NCBI GenBank assembly: GCA_964016885.1
Contig: OZ024741.1
Coordinates: 393,638,001 to 393,702,000, forward strand
DNA: 64,000 bases
Direction: 5' to 3'
Source of the DNA: Eledone cirrhosa
Taxonomy: Eukaryota
This document shows positions 1-13,821 of the stretch, in pieces. The translations under genes and the position numbers were made by a program. How positions within the stretch are numbered: position 1 is the stretch's first letter; every line of letters begins with the position of its first letter. Under the pieces are notes generated by a model. The model saw nothing but the letters and a program-made list of their open reading frames with translations. It was not told the origin of the DNA and did no database searches.

Positions 1-574
1 CACTTGCACCTCTCTAAGACAACGTCACTGGATCGAGATCTTTGGCGTCACACAGTAATACAGAAGACTCGTGTTCCCTACGTGCAAATTTAACCTACAG
101 TCAGTAGGGCCCTCCAAACCAAACATACATCTAAACCCACTACCCCTACTCCACTCTTCCACTCCCGCCGACACCACCCTTTCTCTATAAAGTTATGTTG
201 GTACCACAACATCCAGTCCAAACTAATGAGGTTGTGTAGGTGTCACGACAAAGAAAAAGGAAGAAGGAAAAGGGAAGGGAAAAAAAGGGTTAAAAAAAGA
301 AAGGGAGGGGAAAAAGAGGGAAAGAGAGAAGAGGAAAAAAAACAAAAAACACAGTCTACGCTGTAATGTGGCCGTGTAGGTAACACGGTAAAAAGCACCC
401 AGTCCACATTGTAAATATGGTTGATGGTAGGAAGGGCATCCAACCGTAGAAAAACCTGCCAGACTCTTATATGAGCGAGACACGGTCACCCGACCAATCT
501 TATTTCAAATTCCCGTCTAACCCATGCTAGCGTGGAAGATAGACATTAAACGATGATGATGATCATGATGATCA

Positions 575-576
<2 letters not shown>
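1..576 (+). mobile_element. 3' end of RTE-clade LINE (ORF2 C-terminus, 3' UTR, (GAT)n tail)
   Basis: 1-75 translates HLHLSKTTSLDRDLWRHTVIQKTRV, matching the end of ORF 61706..62287. The UTR matches the reverse complement of the 112-bp unit at 60.5-61.5 kb and ends GACATTAAACGATGATGATG. Confidence 0.85.
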
Positions 577-624
<48 letters not shown>

Positions 625-1369
625 TACTAATAAGATTAGAAGATGTCTATTTTTATGGCATGTGAGACATGTGTGGGATAAAAAATGAAAACTACAGCTC
701 ACACCTATGCAGGTTTAGCTGGCTTCCCACAAAGTTTTGCGGGTGTTTTAACCATAAGGGCTCCAGTCCTATCCCAGAGAGCAATGTGAAATGAGATGTC
801 TTGTTTGAGAACATAAAGCACTGCCTGGTCCACAGATTGAATCCCCAACTTTGTGATCATGGTTCCAACACCAAGAGTACCAAACCACATGACTCCACAT
901 TATTGTTATTACACCAAGGTCGATAAACTAAAGTACCAGTAATGCACTGGGTAATTACTGGCCTTGTGCGAAATGTAGAAACAATTCTTGTTATTACACC
1001 GACAAACAATCCTTCAATACTTTACCACCTTAAACTTAACACACAAACACAACACATAACATAAATAGAACTCAGCATGAAGCAAGTAAAAGAAGACATA
1101 CCAAAGGAATTAAACCACACAAACTAAAAACTGATAAACATTTGTATCAAACAGAAATCACAAAACAATAAAAAAAAATCCCTATACAATGCATTAATAT
1201 ATCAAACAGTGGCTAAAACACACCACATAATGCTTTCTAATTTAGGAACATGGGCAGTAATTTGTGATGAGGGGAAAGTCAATTATATTGCCCCCAGTAC
1301 TTAATTTGTACTTTCTCTGCCAATGGTTTTGTCTATCTTTAACCCTCTCTCACCATATATATCATCATC

Positions 1370-2970
1370 TCCGTTTAATGTCTATTTTTCCATGCTGGCA
1401 TGGGTTAGATGAGTTATCCTATTGTGGGAAATGCCAGGTCAGGTGACCATGTCTTGCTCATACAGAACCAATTTTGGCTTAGTTTCTACAGCTGGATGCC
1501 CTTCCTAGTGCCAACCTCATGTGCAGTGAGCACTGGGGGATTTTTATCACGACGCCTACACAACCACTTTACAGTGTGGACTGGGTGCATTTTACCGTGA
1601 TGCCTACACGACCACTTTACAGTGTGGACTGGAGACATCACTGGATGTATGCTTCAGCCTGTCCCCATGGGAATGGATGGGGTGGGATGGTACATACTAT
1701 ACATAGGCTTCAGTCTTGGCCTGTGCCCATGTGAAGTCTCGTCTTCTGTAATACTGCAGAGGTCTTGGTCCTGTGTCATCACCTTTGAGAATTGCAACTG
1801 GGCAAGGTCAGGTTTTATCACTTCATACCAAGTCTTCCTGGGTCTCCCCACTCCAAGGCTTCCATCTACTTTGAGCACTCTGCACCTTTTTATGCAGCTG
1901 CTATCTTTCATATGAATCACATGTCCATACCAATGCAATCTCCTCTCTTGAACACTGCATCTGATTCGTTTTATGCCTAGCTTCTATCTCAGTACGTTTA
2001 TGTTTTGCCGTTCACGTATATTACGGAGCATGCAAGCTTCATTTCTTTCCAATCAACGCAAGACTTCTGCACACAGCGGCCAGGTCTCACTACCATGTAA
2101 CATTGCTGTTCGTATGCACGCATCATACAGTCTGTCTTTCATTTTGAGGGAAAAGACTTTTGTAGCTAGCAGTGGTAGTAGCTCCCTAAACTGTTTCAAT
2201 CCCGTTCTTACTTTGGCTACTGTGTTTTCAGAACACCCACCTCCACTGCTAATTTGGTCACCCAGGAAGCAAAAGCTGTTTACTGTTTCTATAGAGCCCT
2301 CCCAGAATTTGGTAGTGCTTGTTTCCTGCTTACTGTCCCGGTGCAGCCTACATTCTTAACTAAACTTCCTGAGATCTCACTACATCTCTTGTGTACCTAT
2401 AGTTTTCATTTGGGGCAGAGGATAGGATTTCTACATACACCTTTCCTACATACTGAGCAAGGCATTTTCCTGAGCGGATCTGGGTTCTGTTTTCTCTTCT
2501 ACTTACTAGGACCTTATTCTTTGTCAGGTTGACTTTAAGACCCCTTGTTTTTAGGCCTTACTTCCATGTTTGGAATTTCTTCTCTAGTTCTGCCATAGAT
2601 TCCACTATAAGTGTGAGATCATCCGTGTACAGGAGTTTCCATGGGTGGCTGGTCTTAAACTCTTCTGTTATAGCCTGCAGGAGAGGGATAAGAACCCTGG
2701 TGGATGCCAACCTGTATGCTAAATTCCTATCTATAGTCATTGTTAATCTTAACTTTGTTGACTGCTCCACAATACATGGCTTGTACAGCCTTCACAATCC
2801 TTTCATCTACTCCTAGTTTTCTCAGAGCCCTCCAGATTATGGCACGGAGCACTTTACCTTTTCCAGATTGACATATGCCAGACAGAGCGGCTTACTTTTC
2901 CTGTAAATATTTCATCAGGAAGAGAGCATCTGTGATGCTTTTGCCTGGTACAAATCTGAACTGCATCTCA
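1370..2970 (-). mobile_element. Decayed RTE LINE, RT C-terminal half plus 3' UTR
   Basis: Minus-strand peptides EMQFRFVPGKSITDALFL, LLYTDDLTL and GVGRPRKTWYEVIK, plus a Cys/His finger at ~2330-2470. Frameshifts and stops present. Confidence 0.9.
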
Positions 2971-4900
2971 TTCCTTTGGCGCATTTGTAAACTATTCGTG
3001 CGTGATTTGGCTAAGTCAGGGCAATCCTGAGCTGCGCACGAATATATTTTACCAACTTCTGCTCAAACAGATTTTCCCGTTACTTTCGATATACTCTCTC
3101 TTGTTGCTTGGGCGTTGAAAGGAAAGGACATTATTATGTAACGGTGAGATCTTCACTTTGGTCTGTCTGCCTCCTTGGGCCTGGCAGAATGTCACATTCA
3201 CTACTTAACTCTTAATTTGTTTGTTCCTTTGTTTGACATGTCAACTCAACTTAACTCTTTGTAATTAGTTGTGAATAAAACATAAAAATATTAACTAAGA
3301 CTTTACAGCTAATACCACAAATATTCACTTCTCTCACGCTTAAGAAAACCGTTACATTTATTGATTTAACAAAACCACACCTTTCCTGTTACAACAAATA
3401 CACATCATTATTATTATTCTTGTTGATATTCCTATTATTATTTTTCTGCCATATTGGTGACCCGACATGGGAATATTTCCATACGAAATATTCCTTTAAA
3501 AAAAATTAGCAGTATTTAAAAAAAAACAACACGCAACCTTTCTTATTCATATTATATCAACACACCATTTAAAAACTTCCTTAGTGATATTATGCCAGCA
3601 TGGCATGGTGTTGTTTTCCTTCTATAAATTGATGAACCCGCCGTAGGAAACATTCCTTTTTAAAAAAATTAGCAGTATTTAAAAAAATTACAGCACGAGA
3701 AAATTTTTTTTTCAAAATGGATTCCATTAACAACATCAGCAGCGACAACTCTGGTAAATCACTACCATATACCACACGGGAAAAATGTTTTCAAAACGGC
3801 AACTTCCTCCACAGCAGAAGCAACAGCGTCAACGCCAACATAGTGACAGCGTTATAGTTATACCGATGTAACCACCACCTCTACAAATAGCAGGATCACA
3901 GCTACAATTACGTCACCAACGACTACAACAATAGCTCTGGTAAAACATTTACCACAACAACTACAGCTACACAGCTCTGGTAAGACATTTACCACAACAA
4001 CTACAACTACACAGCTCTAGTAAAACATTTACCACAACAACTACAGCTACACAGCCCTGGTAAAACACTATGAACAACATCATCATTGACAGCAGCTACT
4101 GGTAACATTTACCACAACAACTAACAATTAATGCAAGAACAGCAACTTTAAAAACATTTCATACATTTTTTGCCCATGTCAGACTTCATTCGTTTTCTAT
4201 TAAGACCCCAGGTGATCACGTTATAAATAGCAAACAGCTAGTCATTTGACACAGTGGCTTACATAACACTGGCCCTTAGAGCCTCATTCACAATTTTCTT
4301 CTTGCATTTATTCTTTCATTCATTTTTTTCCATTGATGTGCTCTTTTTTTAGCGTTTTCAAACTGGTGACCGATCCGAATGCAATCTTTTCTTATTTATC
4401 GCCCTTCCGGTCTAAACAGGGGGTATTGTAGCAAGCTACTTTCCTTTGGCGCATTTGGAAACTATTCGTGCGTGCTTTGGCTAAGTCAGGCCAATCGTGA
4501 GACGCGCACGAATATATTTTACCAACTTCCGCCCAAACAGTGATTTTCCCGCTACTTTCGATATACTCTCTCTTGTTGCTTGGGCGTTGAAAGGAAAGGA
4601 CATTATTATGTAACGGTGAGATCTTCACTTTGGCCTGTCTGCCTCCTTGGGCCTGACACAATGCCACATTCACTTCTTAACTCTTAATTTGTTTGTTCCT
4701 TTGTTTGACATGTCAACTCAACTTAACTCTTTGGAATTAGTTGTGAATAAAACATAAAAATATTAACTAAGACTTTACAGCTAATACCACAAATATTCAC
4801 TTCTCTCACGCTTAAGAAAACCGTTACATTTATTGATTTAACAAAACCACACCTTTCCTGTTACAATACAAAATATCAATATTATTATTCTTATTAATAT
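2971..4900 (+). mobile_element. Non-autonomous LTR element (TRIM-like), nested in the RTE
   Basis: Direct repeats of ~450-480 bp (2971-~3453 and 4427-~4900). The second starts TGTAGC after a purine-rich AAACAGGGGG tract. TGGTGACCCGAC at ~3455 directly follows the first copy and resembles a tRNA-Trp PBS. The interior is non-coding. Confidence 0.75.
3930..4125 (+). repeat. ~40-bp minisatellite inside the LTR element
   Basis: CTCTGGTAAAACATTTACCACAACAACTACAGCTACACAG repeated 3-4 times with variation. Confidence 0.8.
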
Positions 4901-5228
4901 TATGCCAGCATGGCATAATATCATCTTCTGTTATAGAATTACTCATTCCCTAATCAGCTGTGCTATAACTCTTTTGTTACTTTCCTGACCTGGTCCATCA
5001 GCTTGATACCTCTATAGCTTCCTTTATCTAGTGCATCTCCTTTACCCTTGTAGCAATTGACAATGATGCTGCTGTGCCAATCCTTTGGTATGACGCCATC
5101 TAGTATTACTTGGTTTACAATATGTGTGGTTACGGTATGTCTTACCAGCCCAGATGCTTTCAGCATCTCTGCAACTATTCCCGGTGGGCCGGATGCTTTC
5201 CCGGTCTTCATATCCTTAATACATACAT

Positions 5229-5268
<40 letters not shown>

Positions 5269-5609
5269 ATGTATGTATTAAGGATATGAAGACCGGGAAA
5301 GCATCCGGCCCACCGGGAATAGTTGCAGAGATGCTGAAAGCATCTGGGCTGGTAAGACACACCGTAACCACACATATTGTAAACCAAGTAATACTAGATG
5401 GCGTCATACCAAAGGATTGGCACAGCAGCATCATTGTCAATTGCTACAAGGGTAAAGGAGATGCACTAGATAAAGGAAGCTATAGAGGTATCAAGCTGAT
5501 GGACCAGGTCAGGAAAGTAACAAAAGAGTTATAGCACAGCTGATTAGGGAATGAGTAATTCTATAACAGAAGATGATATTATGCCATGCTGGCATAATAT
5601 TAATAAGAA

Positions 5610-5610
<1 letters not shown>
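4887..5610. repeat. Near-perfect 724-bp palindrome centred on (TA)n, duplicating an RTE RT fragment
   Basis: Identical ORFs 4963..5232(-) and 5265..5534(+), MKTGKASGPPGIVAEMLK...YRGIKLMD. Centre at 5248/5249; one mismatch seen. Confidence 0.95.
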
Positions 5611-6346
<736 letters not shown>

Positions 6347-6510
6347 AGGTAAACAGAAATAACAACACAATCGGTACAGTATATGGAAGGGATATATTAG
6401 GTTAACGCTTGATATAGCAAGATATATAATAATAATAATAATTGTTTCTACTTTAGGCACAAGGCCAGCAATTACCCAGTGCATTACTGGTACTTTATTT
6501 TATCGACCCC

Positions 6511-6544
<34 letters not shown>

Positions 6545-6699
6545 TAACATTAATAAAATGGTGATGTTACATAAATTGTTTATTCATAATAATTACTTCA
6601 ATGGTTCTCCCATGTAATCCAAGATGTAATTCATGCATTTGTTCATATGAGAACGGTATCCTCAGATGAAATTCGATTTTGTGATATGCTGCCAGCAGG

Positions 6700-8155
6700 A
6701 AAAAACACACTTCCTACGAGCAGAAGGACGTTGTTTGAGATCTTTGGTGTTATGCAGGAATACAGAAGACCCGCCTTCCAATGCACATGGACTGAAGCAT
6801 AAATCTAATATGCACCACTCAACTACTATCCTCCCTCCCACTTTCATACATGCCCATGCCCTAACACCCCACCCTCATCCTGTAACACAACCCTTATTCC
6901 ATGCCTTTACATCCCTGCCCCAGTTACCAGTCCATACTGTAAAGTGGTCCTTTTGGTGCCATGACAAAACATGCCTAGCTCACACTGTAAAGTGGTGATG
7001 TAGGTGTCACAACAAAAAGCACGCAGCCCATATTGTAAAGTGGTCGCGTAGGTATCACAACAAAAAGCACCCAGCCCACACTGTAAATGGGGTTGTGATA
7101 GTGACACGGAAAAAAGGGCCCAGCCCACACTGTAAAGTGGTCGTGTAGGTATCACAACAAAAAGCACCCAGCCCACACTGTAAATGGGGTTGTGATAGTG
7201 ACACGGAAAAAAGGGCCCAGCCCACACTGTAAAGTGGTCGTGTAGGTATCACAACAAAAAGCACCCAGCCCACACTGTAAATGGGGTTGTGATAGTGACA
7301 CGGAAAAAAGGGCCCAGCCCACACTGTAAAGTGGTCGCGTAGGTATCACAACAAAAAGCACCCAGCCCACACTGTAAATGGGGTTGTGATAGTGACACGG
7401 AAAAAAGGGCCCAGCCCACACTGTAAAGTGGTCGTGTAGGTATCACAACAAAAAGCACCCAGCCCACACTGTAAATGGGGTTGTGATAGTGACACGGAAA
7501 AAAGGGCCCAGCCCACACTGTAAAGTGGTCGTGTAGGTATCACAACAAAAAGCACCCAGTCCACACTGTAAGTGGTTGTGATAGTGACACGGAAAAAAGG
7601 GCCCAGCCCACACTGTAAAGTGGTCGTGTAGGTATCACAACAAAAAGCACCCAGTCCACACTGTAAGTGGTTGTGATAGTGACACGGACAAAAGGGCCCA
7701 GCCCACACTGTAAAGTGGTCGTGTAGGTATCACAACAAAAAGCACCCAGCCCACACTGTAAATGGGGTTGTGATAGTGACACGGAAAAAAGGGCCCAGCC
7801 CACACTGTAAAGTGGTCGTGTAGGTATCACAACAAAAAGCACCCAGTCCACACTATAAGTGGTTGTGATAGTGACACGGAAAAAAGGGCCCAGCCCACAC
7901 TGTAAAGTGGTCGTGTAGGTATCACAACAAAAAGCACGCAGTCCACACTGTAAGTGGTTGTGATAGTGGCACGGTAAAAAGCTGGAAGCCCACACTGTAA
8001 AGTGGCTGGCGTTAGGAAGGGGAAACCAAGCCATAAACAGTTATGTATGAGCAAGATACGGTCACATGACCTGACTTACCTCAAATGAGACAACCCTTCT
8101 AGCCCATGCTAGTGTAGCAAATAAACGTTAAATGATGATAATGATGATGATGATA
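6700..8155 (+). mobile_element. RTE LINE 3' end with tandemly expanded 3' UTR
   Basis: GATCTTTGG...ATACAGAAGACCCG resembles the DLW...IQKTR terminus. The segment ends CCCATGCTAG...ACGTTAAATGATGAT. Confidence 0.75.
6975..8005 (+). repeat. 95-97-bp tandem repeat (two related ~48-bp halves), ~10 copies
   Basis: ORF starts spaced 97, 97, 97 then 190 bp. Core CCCACACTGTAAA occurs in both halves. Confidence 0.95.
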
Positions 8156-8264
8156 CAAAATTACGTTAAATTTGTAACATTTTCATCTGTTGAATATCTA
8201 CGTTTTGTTGGGGAATTATTTCTGCAGCTTATAAGTCTGATATCTTTGAATGTCAAATGAACAT

Positions 8265-8895
8265 CATCACATCATCACCGTTTAATATCCATTTTCCATG
8301 CTAGGATGAATCAGACAAGTTACCCTGTTGTTAGACAAGCCAGGTCAGATGACCATGTGTTGCTCATAAAGGACTGGTTTGGGCTTGGTTTCCCAACACT
8401 AACCACATTTTCAGTGTGCTGAGTGAATTTTGTTGTGCCACGTACACGACCACTTTACAGTGTGGGCGTGGACTGGGGGGGGGGGGGGGGGTTATCTAGG
8501 GGCATGAGTGATTTTTCAGGCATAGGTGGAGTATTAGGACATAGGAGGTACAAGAATGGTTGGAATGTGGATGGGGGAGGGGAAATGTGTATGCTTCAAT
8601 CTGTGCCCGTGGAAAGGCAGGTTTCCTGTATTACTTCATAACACCAGTGATCTCCACCCTGTGTCATTGCTTTCGAGAGGTGCAATTGTGCAAGTTCAGC
8701 TTTTATCACCTCATCCCAAGTCTTCCTACACCATAGCTTCCATCAACCTTTATAAAGCTGTCAACCTTCATATGAAACACATGTCCATACCAATCAATCT
8801 CCTCTCCTGTACACTGTATCTCACTCTTCTTATACCCAGTTTCTCTCTCAGTTCATTTATACTTTGCCGTTCATGTATATTACTATACGAGCTAT
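8265..8895 (-). mobile_element. Degenerate RTE 3' fragment
   Basis: Similar to 1370-2020 (CCAGGTCAG.TGACCATG; CACATGTCCATACCAA; TTTGCCGTTCA). Confidence 0.7.
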
Positions 8896-9055
8896 GCAAA
8901 TAATTCCATAGCAAAACAATTATAGTTGACAGATGAAAATGCTGTGAATTTAAGGCGATTTTGTATATTATATCTCATCCCTCAGACTAATTGCTCTGCC
9001 AACTATGGATATAACATTTTTTCCTGAAATTCTCTACAGTATATATATATATATA

Positions 9056-9200
9056 TAAAGTGTCTTGCTCAAGGACATAACGCGGACCGGGCGATGCGTT
9101 ATGTCCTTGAGCAAGACACTTTATTTCACGTTGCTCCGTCTACCTGGAGTTGCGACCGATAGATAGTATTAGCAATTGGAAAGACCAATGCAAATATTGT
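9056..9200 (+). mobile_element. CORE-type SINE fragment with a 5' foldback hairpin
   Basis: ATAAAGTGTCTTGCTCAAGGACATAACGC, a 12-nt loop, then its reverse complement. CCTTGAGCAAGACACTTTATTTCAC also occurs at 40646. Confidence 0.7.
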
Positions 9201-9234
9201 TTCCTCGGTTCGATTTGATGAATGTCGATCGTTC

Positions 9235-9269
<35 letters not shown>

Positions 9270-9783
9270 GTATATAAATTTTGAGTATATGTTGGTTGTA
9301 TAGACTTTGGACTGAGAAATGCTCTCAAAACTGACCAATGGGAAGTTTGACCTTACAAATCTTTATAACATTGAGATGGGTATAACACACACACACATTT
9401 TATTCAATTATTTTATTTTATTTTGTTCCTTTACCATCTTATTCCTTCTACCACTTTATCACATTTTTTTGAGCTGACTCCAACAATAACACCACTACCA
9501 ACACAAGAATAGAGGTCAGATGTACCTAACAATAACAAGAACAACAACTACAGATTGGCTTGCCTCAGAACGAATTTCTATAGACTTTTGACTGAGGAAT
9601 GTTCGAACAACTGACCAATGAGAGGAGAAGAGGCCCTTTGACGCTGAAATTCGTTTGTTTGAATTCATATGATTCCAGTTCCTCAGTGAAATAACAACCC
9701 AACCAGGAACTGGGCATATCGGAGTATTAACAAAGTTATACACCTCAACAACATGTGTACTCGTCTCTACCACACCAATTCGG

Positions 9784-9838
9784 ACTGCCTGAAGAGGTCA
9801 CAGCCAAAGATGGCTGTCACCGAAATATATATAGCAGT
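9784..9838 (+). ncRNA. Type I hammerhead ribozyme motif, canonical core
   Basis: Stem I ACTGC/GCAGT; CTGAAGA; stem II GGT-C-ACAGCCA(AAGA)TGGCTGT-C-ACC; GAAA; short palindromic stem III TATATA; AUA site. Confidence 0.8.
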
Positions 9839-9896
9839 AATAGACGAAGCCAAATTTTAAACATTTGACTTATTTATTTTATTTTATTTTATATAC

Positions 9897-9930
<34 letters not shown>

Positions 9931-10190
9931 GTAAGTTCAAAGAACCATTAGATAAACTATATACAGTATTTCTTCTCCTAAAAAGTATAAATCAACCACA
10001 TAAAAAATCATTTAAACGAGGCTATAAGTTTAAAATGTACTTATGAAGAAATAATAGACAAATGATACAGATTATTTTCCGCGATGTGCATATGACACTT
10101 ATCTAATTATTTCTTTTAGCCTGTAGAAATTGACTACACAAGTAGTTAACTACACGGAATTAGGTACAAAATAGAAGTTTGATATATATA

Positions 10191-11172
<982 letters not shown>

Positions 11173-11527
11173 ATAATAATAAATTTGAAGACTAAAATCC
11201 AAAGAGGGCTCGATAAGGATAAATATATAAGAACCGTAGAGCATTGCTTAAACTTTAATCTGTTATTTTAATAAATATATATATATATATCAGGGAAAAC
11301 AGACATTAAATGATGATGATGATTACATATACAATCCATAAATGCAGGTGTTACAGTGTGCTGTAAAATATGGATTAAATACTAGCTATATAATAATATC
11401 TGCAACGTATTTCTCACATGGATGGTATGTCTGTCACACATGGATGGTATGATCTTTCCAAGATGTTTTTAAACATCCTCTGCCAATGGTATTGTATATT
11501 TGTATATCAGTCACCCCCCTCTCTCTT

Positions 11528-11600
<73 letters not shown>

Positions 11601-11610
11601 TCTCATTCTT

Positions 11611-11646
11611 TCTTCTGATGAAGGAGTAGCGTCCGAAACGTTAAGA
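11611..11646 (+). ncRNA. Minimal type I hammerhead motif (PLE pseudo-LTR type)
   Basis: TCTT CTGATGA A GGA-GTAGCG-TCC GAAAC GTT AAGA. A truncated relative lies at ~40331-40360. Confidence 0.75.
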
Positions 11647-11768
11647 CCCTCTTCCTGCTATATCAAGCGTTAACCTAATATATACCTTCCATATACTGTA
11701 CCAATTGTGTTGTTATTTCTGTTAACCTTTTACACACACACACACACATACAATATGGTTAATGTCTT

Positions 11769-11824
<56 letters not shown>

Positions 11825-12166
11825 TAAACAAAGTTTCATACACTTAACATGCATGTGCTACCATAGGTAAACTCGTTCACAGACAGATTTCAAACCAGAG
11901 TTGCATCCCCTGTTTCAAATACTGTTTGGAGAGAGTTTTAGTTGAGGGACAACAACTTCCCTTTTTCATATTTTAGTCCATGTACCTGAATGAAGGGCCA
12001 GTTTAAAAGTACCTCCTCCATTATAAAGTGGTGGCCATGACTGGGCTCTGAAACCAATTGTAGCATATACATTTTAAGTGAATAAAACTTTGTTTATACT
12101 AAATAAGGTCTCTTCCAACAGATTGATCACTGTTTTCCTTGATCTTTCATCTACCGATTTCTACCA

Positions 12167-12197
<31 letters not shown>

Positions 12198-12219
12198 CAC
12201 ACATATATATAAATATATA

Positions 12220-13035
12220 TATATATAAAGTTGTATTCCTGTCTTTTTATTTGTTTGTTCACGAACTCCTCCTATGGTTTTGGAGATAGACCTCCATAAC
12301 CATATATATTCTAAAACTACATTGCCCAGGGTACTTGGATAAGTATATTTCATGTTAATCAAAAAGCTCCCCGGGGGCACAAAACCCCCGCTGAAAATTT
12401 TTCCCCTTTGATTTATATGAAATTTAAACCATGGGTAAATGACAAGATAGGATGCCAATTCACAAAATTTCAGCTAATTTCAATAATATTAAGACACCCT
12501 AATGGGGGTTAAACCCCTTATTAGGGTTCCCCGGAAGCACAAATCCCCGCTGAAAATGTTTTCCCTTCGATTTATATGAAATTTAAACCATAGGTAAATG
12601 ACAAGATATGATGCCTATTCACAAAATTTCAGCAAATTTCAATAACATTAAGACACCCTAATGGGGGTTAAACCCTCTATTTGGGTTCCCCGGAGGCACA
12701 AACAACCGATTAAAGTTTTTTCCTTTCGATTTACATGAAATTTAAACTATAGGTAAATGACCAGGTATGATGCCTATTCACAAAAGTTTTGAATTGATAT
12801 TTTGAAAAATATTATTTACAAGAAACAAAATAAGAATAAGATTTAATAATGTAATTTTGATTTGATACATTACAAAAAATAATGTTTTCCAATTTTTCAT
12901 GCATTATATTTTACATTGAGTAATATTGAAATGCAGAGTTTTTCTCCATAAATTATATCACTGATTTAAAATCAGTCATTTGTTTACAAAACAAAATGTG
13001 TGAAACGCAGCAAGGTGCGGGTATTTCGGCGTGTG
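12220..13035 (+). mobile_element. Probable non-autonomous Helitron with ~180-bp internal repeats
   Basis: Starts TATATATATAAAG. Three copies of TTTATATGAAATTTAAACCAT.GGTAAATGAC. GC-rich degenerate 3' hairpin CGCAGCAAGGTGCG, but no intact CTAG. Confidence 0.5.
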
Positions 13036-13052
13036 TATATATATATATATAT

Positions 13053-13079
<27 letters not shown>

Positions 13080-13083
<4 letters not shown>

Positions 13084-13350
13084 TTGTTTTTACTTTTGGC
13101 ACAAGGCCAGCATATACCCAGTGCATTACTGGTACTTTAGTTTATCGACCCCGTATAATAATAATTGTTTCTACGTTAGGCACAAGGCCAGCAATTACCA
13201 AGTGCATTACTGGTACTTTATTTTATCGACCCCGTAAGGATGAAAGGCAAAGTTAACCTTGGCGGGATTTGAACTCAGAAAGGCAAGGGCCGTAATTCTA
13301 TACGTCAAAGCATGGCGTCCGACCCTCTACCAATACTGCCAATCCACCAC
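13080..13350 (-). mobile_element. tRNA-derived SINE with duplicated 3' end
   Basis: A-box-like TGGCAGTATTGG, B-box GAGTTCAAATCCC and central GCCTTTCATCCTTACGGGGTCGATAAAATAAAGTACC (Nin/Deu-domain-like, from recall). Same family at 39850 and 57875. Confidence 0.85.
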
Positions 13351-13737
13351 GTGGTTTTGTCTTTGCGTGCAATTGTTCTCCACGTTCCACATGACGTATT
13401 ATCTTCGTTTTTTCCGTTCATTGCCAGAGAACGTCTCTACGAACCACCTAAGAGAACATTAGTCTACGACCTCTTTTATACCATAAACGTGGTTCTGTCT
13501 TTGCGCGTAATTGTTTTTCACCGCTCCTATTAATGGCGTATTATATTCGTTTTTTCCCGTTCTTTGCCAGGGAGCGTTTCCAGGAACCAAAGTATCGTCT
13601 TCCTGTCTTCCTCCGGTTGCAACGTTTTTTGAAATATCCACTTCTGCGTTTACAGATTGACTTTGTTAGTTTCAGAAGATCCTGTTAAGGGTGAAAGCAG
13701 CGATTCTTTGCTTAAACTTTAATCTGTTATTTTAATA

Positions 13738-13745
<8 letters not shown>
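13350..13745 (+). repeat. Dispersed non-coding repeat (partial tandem) ending in a variant hammerhead fold
   Basis: Two tandem sub-units, then AGTTT CAGAAGA TCCTGTTAAGGGT GAAA GCA...TGC TT AAACT at 13668-13718. Other copies at 53295-53443/55054-55320 and 57670-57848(-); pieces at 11245 and 40491-40601. Confidence 0.8.

Positions 13746-13819
<74 letters not shown>

Positions 13820-13821
<2 letters not shown>

Noticed and set aside
6975-8005. CRISPR-like regular array (also 50280-50757 and 60523-61537)
   Set aside because: Units are contiguous near-identical tandem repeats with no unique spacers and no cas genes, in eukaryotic context.
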